Assembly: GCA_001662655.1 (NCBI GenBank)
Contig: KV460228.1
Reading direction: 5' to 3' (one strand)
Origin: Pseudogymnoascus verrucosus
Lineage: Eukaryota
DNA length: 64,000 nucleotides
Below, piece after piece: positions 12,482-23,593 of this stretch (the stretch's first letter is position 1; each line of letters opens with the position of its first letter). The notes beneath the pieces are model-generated. The model worked only from the letters and a program-made list of their open reading frames with translations. It did not search any database and had not been told where the DNA came from. The position numbers and the translations under genes were made by a program.

Positions 12482-13336
12482 CTAAAACCCCTTATTAAAC
12501 CCATCTACAGTCGTTAGAAGCAGGTCCTTTTCCAAAATCTCATCCTTTCTAGCCTTCAACTCCTCGATATCCCAGTCGGCCCATACAAACCGACCACTGA
12601 GGAAAGCGGCCTCCTCGGTCGCCAGCCACGCGAAGAAACCTCCCGTCAACTTCCCATCCGCCCACCCCCCCGGAGGCATCGGTGCTCCACAGCGCTCAAA
12701 GCCATCCGTATCAAGCAGACCAGGGTGCGCATTGATAAATCGCACATCAGGGTGTTCGAACCGGATGTTCTCGAAGATGCGCGCCTGAGCCATCTTACTA
12801 CCACTGTAGCCCGACCAGCCGGGGACCGGGAATCGCGTGTGCGCCGCCATGCTCACGACATTTATCACAATAGCATCTTTTGGCCGGTCTCCGATTTTCA
12901 AGAATCGCTGTGTGACGATCGCAGTTCCGAGGACATTTGTCTCGAAGCCAGAGAACCACTCCTTCAGGTCTTGTTCCACGAATGGTCCCTCGTCTGGGAA
13001 TACGCCCGCGTTGTTGACCAGGATATCTGGAGCGCCGAAATTGAAGAATACAGCGGCGATGGCTTCTGCGTCTGTGATATCGGCAGCGAAGGCGACGAAT
13101 GTTGTCTGTGGAAATTCACGGCCGAACTTCTCCCTGGTACTCTCGATGCGGGCTTTGTCTTTCCCGAGAAGGCCGATGGGTGATACGCCTGCTTCGGCTA
13201 GGCCTCGAGCGATGTGTTCACCTACGCCTCGACTAGCGCCGGTGATGAGGGCGCTTTTGCCGGCTAGGGAGCGTCCAGGAAGAGATGGCGAGAGAGCATC
13301 GTACGGAGCCTTGTGGTTTGTTACGAAACTCGCCAT
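12482..13336 (-). CDS. Short-chain dehydrogenase/reductase
   Basis: TGASRGVG, LVNNAG, YSGSK, HPG; single exon, 284 aa. Confidence 0.93.
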   Translation of the reverse strand: MASFVTNHKAPYDALSPSLPGRSLAGKSALITGASRGVGEHIARGLAEAGVSPIGLLGKDKARIESTREKFGREFPQTTFVAFAADITDAEAIAAVFFNFGAPDILVNNAGVFPDEGPFVEQDLKEWFSGFETNVLGTAIVTQRFLKIGDRPKDAIVINVVSMAAHTRFPVPGWSGYSGSKMAQARIFENIRFEHPDVRFINAHPGLLDTDGFERCGAPMPPGGWADGKLTGGFFAWLATEEAAFLSGRFVWADWDIEELKARKDEILEKDLLLTTVDGFNKGF

Positions 13337-14348
13337 AGTTGACTATTCGGTAGCTGCGATATCAGTTTTGAGATTTATGCTGAACAAATGGCAAGCAAGA
13401 AAGTATGGTATAGAAATATACTCATTTTATACTACCTTCCTTGTCCTTATATTGGAGATTCAGCCTTACATCCGGAGATGCGAGGGCTCAGGTGTGATTC
13501 CCTGCGAATCCTACATACTCGCTAAGGCAACCCCGCTTCCTTCAGGAGCATACGAATATTTCATCGGGCCTATTGGATAGTTCTTGATATTCAATTGATT
13601 CCATTACGCTATATTGAGCTATATATTGTATTTCATCCTATGTACCCGTTCTGGCCCTCCAAGTGACAGAACTTGAAACGTAAAGTGAGAATTTCTGTTG
13701 AGGCGTAATCGCTGCTAAGCCAGTCATAAATCCGTATCTACTATCATCAACTTGGCATCTTATAGGGTGCGCGTATGAAGAATCCTTTGCCTGTGGTCGG
13801 ACATGCCCGCCCCTATCGAATAGTGCTGCTATAATACCCGTGGGCCTCATCTGCCCTCTGCCCCGGCTCAGGTCCGAAGTTCCGCGAGGAAACTCTCGAT
13901 GGGGCTGCCGTAGATTTTATGCCAGGCATCAATCACCTCAGGCGAGTATAATACTAGTGATAGCTCTTGGCTTTGTATCCAACGGTTTCTTTATGTGCAG
14001 GTGGCATGTGCCGGCAACTTACCATGCTTGTATGTGCCATCCCCATATAGAAGACACCAGTAGAATTTGCGAGAAGCGACATTTGTTCTTGGCTTGTCTC
14101 CCCCTATAATTTATCAATTACATGCCGAAAACCCCCGGCCAAACTCAAGAGAGCCTTGGAATATTATATTCTAAGCTTTAAAAATCTCTCTATCTAGTTC
14201 CTAAACCTCTAATGTAATTGTTAATTTAAAATATTAATTAAGGAACTTACTCTCTCATTCCAACTTCGCTCTAAACTACCCCATCATACTATACTTCATT
14301 TCTTTTTGGTATCTTTCACTGGGATAAACTACCGCCTAAACACCGACA

Positions 14349-15932
14349 TCATATCATCTGCGACACACCACCATGCTCCAGTAACAACTTTACCACAGCA
14401 TCGTAATCACTCTTCCCCCCCAACGGATAAACCTCACTCCTTCCCTTATCATCCATCGCCAAAGCCAGCGCCGTGCGACCGCTCATATCCGGCGCATTCA
14501 CATCCACACTCCCCCCTTCCAACAGCAACCTCACCACCTCAACCTGCCCCGACTCCGCCGCCGCAGCCAGAACCGACTTCCCCTTAACTTCATGCGCATT
14601 AAAATCCACCCCCTCACACTCCATGAGCATCTTCACCACCTCCATCCTCCCCCACTTCGCCGCCAACATAAGCGGCGTAACCCCATCATAATCTCGCGCA
14701 TTAGCATCCAACCCCCCCCGCAACAGCAACCTAACGACCTCTACCTCACCCTTGAACGCCGCAATAGCCAAAGCCGTCGCCCCGGACCCCTCTTCGCGAA
14801 TATTCATATCCAAATCCTCGCGCTTTAAGAGCAACGGAATCATCGCCGCCCACCCATGCCTTGCCGCCAGTCCTAGAACCGGCGTCCCATCCGAGCCGCG
14901 TGCATTCACATCCACATCCTTCCTTTGCAAAAGCACCCTCACCGCCTCCACCCTCCCCAGCTGCACCGCCCACAACAAAGCCGTCTTCCCCTTCCCATCG
15001 CGCTGGTCAACTCTCACATCCTCCCTCTTCAGGAGCGTCTCCACCACCTCCGCATGGCCCCTAGTCATCGCGCATATCAGCGGCGTCGCCGCCGTCTCCG
15101 AAACGCCATTAGGATCCACATCCCCCCGCTCTAGCAACATATCCACAACATCCCGATGCGCCATCCGCGCCGCTAAGCACAACGGCGTGGCCCTTTCCCT
15201 GCAGAGCATGTCGGCAGCTACATCATCACGTGCCAGCAGCATCGCGACGACGTCGACGTGGCCCCCCATCGCGGCAAGCGCTAGCGGCGTCCGAAGGGTA
15301 CGATGCTCCTGGAAATTTGGGTTGACGTCGTCGCGCGCTAGGAATAGGGCCACGACAGGTGTATGCCCGTGCATCGCGGCCCATCCGAGGGCAGCACCTC
15401 GGCTCTCGGCGCGGACATCAGGTCGCGTGAGGAGGAGGGCGGTGATGGCGAGGTGGCCGGCGCTGGCGGCGAGGGCAAGGGAGGAGAGCGTGCGCATGAA
15501 AGCGGCTTCGGGGATGATGTCGGCGATGGTGGAGGGGTGGGCGAGGAGGGATTGCACGGCTGCGAGGTGCCCGGCGTGGGCGGCTAGGGAGAGGGGCGTG
15601 CGGTTGAGGCCGGGGTAGCGGCGGCCGGGGAGTGTGCGGCCGTCGGGGGAGTTGCTGAAGGTGAAGAAGGGGATGGTGGCGAGGGGGTTGGGGTCTGTGG
15701 AGGGGTTGGCGAGGAGGGTGGTTAGAAGGGCTGAGTCTCCTCGTTCGGCGGCGAGGTGAAGGATTGTCTCCTTGTTTTCGCCGGAGGCACGGATTTGTGC
15801 GGGGGAGAGGGAGGAGGCAAGGTGAGGGAGGACGCGGAGAAGGGAGAGTAGGTCGTGGGGGTCCAAGACTTGGTCTGCGATCAGATGGATTATTTCAAGG
15901 GGGAGATCGGAGAATGCTGCTAGTTTGTTCAT
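14349..15932 (-). CDS. F-box-like N-terminus + ankyrin repeat protein
   Basis: FSDLPLEIIHLIADQV; about 12 TPLxLAA..GH..VV..LL repeats. Confidence 0.9.
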   Translation of the reverse strand: MNKLAAFSDLPLEIIHLIADQVLDPHDLLSLLRVLPHLASSLSPAQIRASGENKETILHLAAERGDSALLTTLLANPSTDPNPLATIPFFTFSNSPDGRTLPGRRYPGLNRTPLSLAAHAGHLAAVQSLLAHPSTIADIIPEAAFMRTLSSLALAASAGHLAITALLLTRPDVRAESRGAALGWAAMHGHTPVVALFLARDDVNPNFQEHRTLRTPLALAAMGGHVDVVAMLLARDDVAADMLCRERATPLCLAARMAHRDVVDMLLERGDVDPNGVSETAATPLICAMTRGHAEVVETLLKREDVRVDQRDGKGKTALLWAVQLGRVEAVRVLLQRKDVDVNARGSDGTPVLGLAARHGWAAMIPLLLKREDLDMNIREEGSGATALAIAAFKGEVEVVRLLLRGGLDANARDYDGVTPLMLAAKWGRMEVVKMLMECEGVDFNAHEVKGKSVLAAAAESGQVEVVRLLLEGGSVDVNAPDMSGRTALALAMDDKGRSEVYPLGGKSDYDAVVKLLLEHGGVSQMI

Positions 15933-16418
15933 GGTTTCGATGCCAAATTTGGCGTTTGTTTTGTTGTTGGGCTATCCTGGTTTAACTAAGGCGATTGACG
16001 GTGTTGAGCATGAGTGAACTCTAGTATGATTATTGCCAGCCTTGGCGTTGATATGGAAGTAAAGGCAGAGGAGCGCAATATGACTTGAAGCAAAAGATTG
16101 TCGCAACCTACGATATTTATCGCTAACCATGCAGATTGAGAAATAAATAATGCTAGTGCGAGTGCGAGTACGCAGTTGTGGTTTATTCGTCCAAACTGCC
16201 TTGCCGCTCCGCTCTCAGTCGGGGTTTAGCGGAGTAAGCAATTGATGCCATCCTCATAGAGCCGACACTTAATATAAACCTCATTTTAGAATAGTACACC
16301 ATCAGACGGGAAGCGGTGCGTCTTTCAGCCTTCTTAGCGCCATAGTTTAGATCCGCTAATTTAGGTTTGGCGTGCACTATTTAGGCATGACAGCCTGCTG
16401 ATCTAGAACACGACCCTT

Positions 16419-16533
16419 TCCCCTCAACCTCAGAAGTATATGCAGTCACTGCTTCATGCTCCTCTATACTACACCACGTCACGTCCCCTCAACCTCGTAA
16501 GTGTGCGTCGTTACTGCCCGTCGCTCCTCTATA
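16419..16533. repeat. Imperfect tandem duplication (65-bp offset) upstream of the HET-like gene
   Basis: TCCCCTCAACCTC...GCTCCTCTATA occurs at 16419 and 16484. Confidence 0.6.
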
Positions 16534-16904
16534 TGCACTCTTGATCCAGTATGATAACTATCGACGTCGTTGAGCAGCTGCGAAATATTATATATCCTAA
16601 ATGTACACCCGTTTCACAAGTGAGACTGGCACAAAGCGCAGTAGATCCTTGCATTGTGATGGCTAAGTAATTGGCTGCTCATAGGTGGGCAGTGCAAAGG
16701 CTGTGTTATGGTAGTGTCTGCTGCACGACGCAATCTCCTATAGAGATAAGCTTGCTCGGCCGAAGTTCATAATCTGACAAGGCTAGATATAATAATGAGT
16801 TGTCCCTCTTTATTTTTTATCTGTTTATTTGTTATAAATACCATGTGAAGTTTCAGCATCTCCCTATCAACCCAATTTCGGCTTTCCACTACCTTATAAA
16901 CACC

Positions 16905-18947
16905 ATGCTTTCATGCCTAGGGTGTAGATCAAGCAGCAGCACCAGCCGCAAAGGCAAAGAGACGTCGGATGGCATCAAAGTTAGGGTAATGCCATCCTCG
17001 ACACCAGTTCCTCCACCAGCGTCATCCGCCAGCGGCAAAAAGACTTCAGATGGCATCATAGTTAGGGTAATGCCATCCACGGCACAAGCACAAATTTCCC
17101 CATCAGCAGCGGCCGTCGACCAACTCGTCTCTAGGCAATATAGAGGCAATGGCACGGGCACTACAGCCAACCCTACGCCGCCGCGGTTGGCTCATACTAT
17201 TCTAGCTATAGCTCAAACTATTGGATCTACCAATACGCAGCAGGTTGGCTCCGACGCTTCTACGCCCTTTAAACGCCTAGTGGAACGAAGTATCTCCGCA
17301 TGGTCTTCTCTGCGATTTTGCCAAGAAAATAAATATTACAATATTCACCTACACGCCACGGCCTTAAGGGGAATGAAGTCCCTAGATGAAGTGCTTAACA
17401 GCCGCACACCAATCTCGCAGATGTGGTTTTTCCAACTCAAGAGTTCGTTCATGCAACAGAGCAGGTTTACTCAATGGGACGAGTCACGATTAGATGACTA
17501 CGTTTTGATTCCCGTTGCTGCTGGGTTTGTCAACAAGACCGACTGCGTTTTCGTCAGCCACTTCTGGCGCACAACTCAACATCCCGATCCTGAGGGGTTA
17601 GATCTCAACCTACTTCGTCAGGATCTAGCCGACTCTAGGTGCTCGTATGTATGGGTAGATTGGACATGTCTGCCTCAAGGCAAGCTATCCGACTTACAAA
17701 AGTACTATTTCCAAGTCTCGCTCCGCAAATTACCACTATTAGTAAGAGACTGTGGCTATTCCTGGAGATTCCCCGACTTCCAACCTAGGTTGTGGATCTT
17801 ATTTGAAGTAGCCTGCTGGCTCTTCAACCATGAGAGCTGCGTCGAGTACGACGACATGGCGGGATATATCTCTGATTGCAGGGAAATGGTCCAGGTTGGG
17901 GTTAAAGCAGTGGTGGATAAACGTAAATATAAGTGCACGAATGGCGGCGACACGCGAATAGTGACGAGCTGGCTGGAGTTGCTAGTGCTTTTATATAAAC
18001 ACGTTCCGTCTATATCGACTAGACGAGACCTCTTGGACACAGTCGAGGGCTTTCATGCTACTACCATGGCGGAGGTGAAGTTCTACAGCGACGACGATAT
18101 CTCTGTTGACGTGGTGGGAGGAAAGCTGGTGGTGGGAAACAAGACTTACAGTTTTACCCCTATTCCACCTCCCTCCGTTACCAGACCAAACGTGACCCGC
18201 ACAACTAGAGAGACCTCAACCCACGACGTTACACCCAGCGAGGAGAAGGCGCTCATAGAAACCGCAACCCGCGACCTCGAATCCGACAACCCCGCACGAC
18301 TCACAGAAACCAACAAGCTAATCGCCGAACTCCTCAAGAAAAACCAAAACCTCGCCGCAGCAGAAACGCTCGCTCGAGCCATGAAGTCCCACACCGACAA
18401 AACATACGGCCCCAACCACGTCACCGCAATCACCAGCTCTCACCGTCTCGCACTAGCCTGCCAAGTCGTCGGAAAGCAATCCGAGTCCTCCGCTCTCCTC
18501 GCCCAAACCCTCTCCCTAAAAGGCGCGCTCATAGACGACTCCATCCAGCGCGGCGGCTTCGCCTCAGCATCCTCTATCTGCCGCGAAATCGTCGACTTCG
18601 ACGAGCAGTTTCTCACGAAAGCCGAACCCGAGGCGATCCGCGATATGGGCGTTCTGGGAACGTGTCTGTATCACCAGGGCAAGCATGGGGAGGCGGACGC
18701 ACATCTAGGGCTGGCGGCTGATTTGGCGGAGTTGATGCTTGGGCGCGGCGCGGAGTATACGCGCTTGGTGATGCTGGATTTTGCTAGTAATTGTGCGATG
18801 CTGGGGAGGTTTGAGGAGGCGGATGAGGCGTTGAAGAGGGTGGGGAGTGTTGCTGAGAATCATCGTCATGCTAGGTTGATTAGGCAGGCGAAGATGATAC
18901 TTGAGCAGCAGCGGAGAAAACAGAATGCTCAATATCTTGTTTTCTAG
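16905..18947 (+). CDS. HET-like (TIR-related) domain + C-terminal TPR repeats
   Basis: FVSHFW..HPDP, YVWVDWTCLPQ, RLWILFE; TPR-like GPNHVTAI..LA and LGTCLYHQGKHGEA; likely ATG 16905 (CACCATG); single exon. Confidence 0.75.
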   Translation: MLSCLGCRSSSSTSRKGKETSDGIKVRVMPSSTPVPPPASSASGKKTSDGIIVRVMPSTAQAQISPSAAAVDQLVSRQYRGNGTGTTANPTPPRLAHTILAIAQTIGSTNTQQVGSDASTPFKRLVERSISAWSSLRFCQENKYYNIHLHATALRGMKSLDEVLNSRTPISQMWFFQLKSSFMQQSRFTQWDESRLDDYVLIPVAAGFVNKTDCVFVSHFWRTTQHPDPEGLDLNLLRQDLADSRCSYVWVDWTCLPQGKLSDLQKYYFQVSLRKLPLLVRDCGYSWRFPDFQPRLWILFEVACWLFNHESCVEYDDMAGYISDCREMVQVGVKAVVDKRKYKCTNGGDTRIVTSWLELLVLLYKHVPSISTRRDLLDTVEGFHATTMAEVKFYSDDDISVDVVGGKLVVGNKTYSFTPIPPPSVTRPNVTRTTRETSTHDVTPSEEKALIETATRDLESDNPARLTETNKLIAELLKKNQNLAAAETLARAMKSHTDKTYGPNHVTAITSSHRLALACQVVGKQSESSALLAQTLSLKGALIDDSIQRGGFASASSICREIVDFDEQFLTKAEPEAIRDMGVLGTCLYHQGKHGEADAHLGLAADLAELMLGRGAEYTRLVMLDFASNCAMLGRFEEADEALKRVGSVAENHRHARLIRQAKMILEQQRRKQNAQYLVF

Positions 18948-21944
18948 GACGAAGACTGCCAGATCGCCAAAGTTTTGCGCATAATCACCGCTGGGATAGT
19001 GCGGTCACATTCTTATAACCCTTATAAGAACTATAAGCAGGCGACTTTAAGAGACGTCAACACGTGACATCTTCAACACGTGATCTCCGCGGCACGTGAT
19101 CTCTATAACACGTTACTACAACACCGATACTAGCATGTGACAACGCAATCATGAACCCGAAATCGATACAACAAGCAATAGAAAAGGGGACACCTTCCAT
19201 CGCGTATCTGCATCCTACAGCCTCGGTCGGGGAGACCGGAATGCGTTGGTCAGACCACAATCCTCCTACCCGATCCCACCCACGATCTAGATCTAGATCT
19301 AAGGTGGCGAAGGGCTGGGCGATATTTTGGGGTACGGGAGGAGCGGAGGGGGGAGTGGCGCGCGGGAGACATGGGAAGCTGTACGGAAGGATGGATTGAG
19401 GAGGTTAGGTAAGGATACGGTAAGGGGAGTAAGGTTGGGTAAGGGAGGATGAGGGAGGGAGTGGCGACGGGTGGGTGGCGAGGGGGTCGTACCTGCGTTT
19501 GTGATTGAGGGGTGATGTGATGTATGCATTGACTGATGGGTGGTTGATTGAGGGGTTGCGAGGGGGGGATTACGTAGATATGTGGCAATCAGGTTTATTG
19601 TTTGTGTCGTCAGTGATGCAATCGCGTAGTTAATTTTGTATGGGAGTTGATGCGAGTTTGGGGATGATGTCGCTTTGACATCATCGCGAGCGTTGTTGGC
19701 GGTTCGCCACCGCGGGAGAGCTTGTCGTGACGGGATTGAGTATGTTTAGTAAGTATAGCGACGGACTGATAGACAGATCTTCGTAGTGTGAGGCTATGAG
19801 TATTAATGTAGTAGAGGCTGAATTTATTATTGTACGTACCTTCACGGCGGCGAAACAACAGATCACCAAAAGACCAGATACCCACACACACAACTTCAAA
19901 AATCAAGAAAAGGCCCTCCCACATCGGGAAACGGCCTTCACTCCCACCCCACCCGCGATCGGCACCCCGAAAACCGGTGCAAGCGTGCGGCAAACGGAAC
20001 AAGCAGCTGCAACCCCCAATCCGCACAATCCCCCAATTGTGGTGCGGATTGGGGGAATCCGCTCAATCGCTCAATCGCTCAATTCAAGCTCGAACCTAAC
20101 CCCCCCCCTCTACAGTACGTACAGTGGGACGCGAGCAACCCAGACCCAGACCCGCCCCGCACCCCATCCCATCCCAGCCCAGACCCGCCCGCCCCGCCCG
20201 CCCCTCCCTCCTCACGCCGGTATGTGAGTTTCTTTCAGGTCCCGTGGAGGGTTTGGGAGGAGAGTGAATGACTGACTGGTCGTGCGTGCGTGCGTTGGCG
20301 GCGGCGACGGCGGTGGGGGGGGTGGGTGGTGGGGGGGAGGGGGAAGGTAGGGAGGGGGAGGCGGTAGATGGTGATGTGCGGTGGGAGATGGGCGAGGCGG
20401 CGACCGGCCGGAGGCGGGTGAGGTGATGTGCGATAGCTACTGCAGGAGGAAGGGTAATCTGTTCGTGTCGGTCTGGCTGTCTGGCTGTCTGCTGTACCCA
20501 CTGTAGAAGGATCGCGCGGTGTTGTGATCATCGAGGCCAGAACGAACGGCGCTGCGTCCTGCGCGCGTCCTGCACTGTCTGCGTCTTGCTTGTGCGCCTG
20601 CTTCTGCGTCCCCCACTCCGCTGCTGACTGCGTACTCGTAAGTATCACGAACATCTGATTATCAGCTCCATTCCCAACTCCACTCTCCTCCATCAAGCAT
20701 CAATCTACCATATCTACAGAAAGTACGTATATGTATACACCAAACCCAACGCCAGTCTATCAAACGGTCGCGTCGGTCGCGATACCCACCCGCGCGCGCC
20801 GTGCACGTGCACGCGCACATGCATTCAAACAGAGACTGGACCCGTTTTCCGGCTGGTCTTAGAATAGAATAGGAAAAAAACGGGGACGGGGAAATCGGCA
20901 GAGAGGTTCTTAGAATCGGAAGACGGAAAGTAGAAAAGTAGTTAAAAAAATGGAAGAAGGAAAGAAAAGTTGTGTGTGTGTGAGCAGAAAAAAAAAATGT
21001 TTAGATCGTCGGCCCCTCTTTTAGAACTTTTAGAACGGAATCCACCACAGCTTCGAAAGGTGTGTTGTGTGTGTGTGTGTGTGCCCGCCGCTGGCCGTTT
21101 CCTGTGTTAGTTTTAGTTTTCCAGACGCTCTCTCTCCTGGTGGTGGGCTTGTTCGCACCTATCTATCTATCTATCCTTTCACGGAAAATCCAGAAGGGGA
21201 AACAACGGCACTCGCTGGGAGGAGCGAACGGAGCCTTACTTCCACTTAGGCCGGCCGCCCCACGGCTTTTGATTTCGCCGGTCTAGAATCATCCGCTTTG
21301 GAATTTAGCCTCCCGCCGCGACCCCCCATCGCGTTCGGTTCGGTGGGTGCGTGGGCATGCATGCTTACCCCCCCTCTAGTAAAAGGCTAACGGGATGGGA
21401 TGGGATGGGTGAACTTCGCTCTCTTCGCCCACCCCACTACCCACTTACTGACTTACGCCGAACACACACTTTTTTTTCTCCGGCCAGCTGGTGTGTGTGT
21501 GTGTGGGTATACTAACGATCGTCGGTGGGTTGACAAGGCCAGGCAGGCACGTGCCGGATGCACCAAGGGAGACTCCACTGCTAAGGATGTTTCTTTCCCC
21601 ACTGGGTACTTCTGGGTGCAAGGCCAGTGTGTGGTACACAAGGTACAAATGGGCTGTGGAGGGAGTGTTACTTGCCATAATCCGGAAAATTAGAGCGATC
21701 GTCGGGGAGGATGGGGGATGAGAGGTTGGGGATGGGCGAGGAGGAGGGATGAGGGAGGAGGGAAGCAGGGCGGAGGAGGGATGGGGAAGGATTATTCCAG
21801 GGAGGGGAGGGGGTTGATGGTGCAAGTATTTTGAGGTTGTGAGGGTGGTGGGGGTTGCATGTGGTGTAGATAGAGTGTGGTCTGTCTGGCCTGTGTCTGG
21901 TCCGTGTCTGCGTGGTGGCTTGCTGTACGGGATGGGAGTGGTTC

Positions 21945-22270
21945 TATTAGATTGTGGTGTATGGGTGTAGTATGTGTATAATTGCATGTGTGTGGGTGTA
22001 TGGGTGTATGGCTGTATAGCTGTTAGCTGTACTGGCTGTATGTGTATAATTGCATGTGTGTGGCTATATGTGTATAACTGCATGTGTATAGCTGCATGTG
22101 TATGGTTGTATGGCTGTATAATTGCATGTGTATAGCTACTACTAGGTATATGGCTGTTACTTGTTAGTTGTAATAGCTGCTAGCTGTATGTATGTATGTG
22201 TATGGCTGTTTATCTGATGGTGTATGGCTATTTGGCTATTTGGCTATTAACCATTTATCTATTTAGCTGT
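21945..22270. repeat. Low-complexity TGTA/GCTGTAT-type degenerate microsatellite
   Basis: Recurring TGTATAATTGCATGTG and GTATGGCT units. Confidence 0.7.
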
Positions 22271-23593
22271 ATGGCACTGAAATAGGATCCTCTATATGGA
22301 ATTGTATAAACAGAATATGTCTGCAAGTATTTCTAGAAGTACTCCTCCCACTCCTCCATAGCCCGCAGTACCCTTCTCCATGTACCCTCCCTACCTCACC
22401 CCACTAACAATACATGCGTCTCTGCGGGTTCTCTCTCCCAAGCTACTGTACTCTTAACTTAACCCCCCACTCCTGGTACCACTACTGTAACTACTACAGC
22501 AATGTACTCTTAACTTTCTGTTGTTAGCGTGTACGCGCACCTTTATTGTTCGCTCTTGTTCAACCCCCCCCCACCCCCCCCGGTCGCTCTCGCCCCCTTC
22601 TCCCCCCCGTTCTTCCTCGCCCATCTCTTTCCCGATCATCCCTTTCTCTTCCCCGATCACGCTCTTCCCAGTCTTTTTCCAGTCCTCCTCTCCTCTCCCA
22701 CACACACTTTAGCAACAAACCACCTTAACCACCTTCTCCGCCGGGAAAACCTCTCCCTCACACATGATGCACACCTGATGTGGCTATGCAATGCTAAAAA
22801 CAGTCCCCATCTCTGTACCTACCAAGTACCGCTAAGTACCCAGCCCCGCACTTTCTTCCAACTTTTGCACCCCTTTGCCACCCCTTTTACGCTCTTTAAC
22901 CCCCCTCCCCCAAACTTCCTCTACCACCACAGTACCTAACTGCTACCTATAGTACCTACCGTACCTACCGGCCTCTTGGTGTAATTTACAACGCGATCAC
23001 CCGAGGGACTTCCTCCGTCGCCAGAACTCGGTCTGAGTTGCATGTACCTTTATCTCCGCAGGAGGGGTTGTTGGAGGGGAAGTGCATACCTCACCACTTC
23101 GTTCCCTCCTACTCCTGCTCTGGGTCCTGCCACCTCCACCACCTCCACCTCATCCCACGACGCCAATACTGCCAATCCTCGTCCCCTCTCTCCCCTCCCT
23201 CCCCTCCCTCCCCTCTATCACGCTAAGTGCACTACTCGCACTAATCCCACTACTCCGACTACTTACTCTACTCCTGCCCTGACTCGGACAATATCATCCG
23301 CCGCCCTTCTACTCCCCAGATCCCCTCCTCATCGTCCTTCTACTACTCCTCTCACTCTCACTCGCAAACAACTCCTCCCTAATACCAAATTTCACCTTCA
23401 CCAACTTCACCACCATCTTCACTCGTTCCCTCCATCAACAACCCTCAATCTGACCAGGAGATTCTCACCATCAACTCTCCGAAATACCAGGAAATCAGCG
23501 GCCAACTGGCACGTCGTTGCCACCCGCTCCAATCCCTCTCCACGTCGACACCACCGTTTCCCAATCACCCCCTTCTACAAACACCACAACGCC

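Noticed and set aside
12837..15618. Plus-strand ORFs overlapping the SDR and ankyrin genes
   Set aside because: Antisense shadows of GC-rich coding sequence with no independent motifs
21445..22083. 212-aa minus-strand ORF
   Set aside because: Mostly translates microsatellite and C-rich sequence; no recognisable domain
19000..23500. Telomerase RNA candidate in the long non-coding gap
   Set aside because: No TAACCCTAA-type template found on either strand by eye
23042..23593. Long in-frame upstream extension of the glycerol kinase ORF
   Set aside because: Starts at a non-ATG codon and is low-complexity Pro/Thr/Ser sequence from a C-rich leader; ATG 23594 is more plausible
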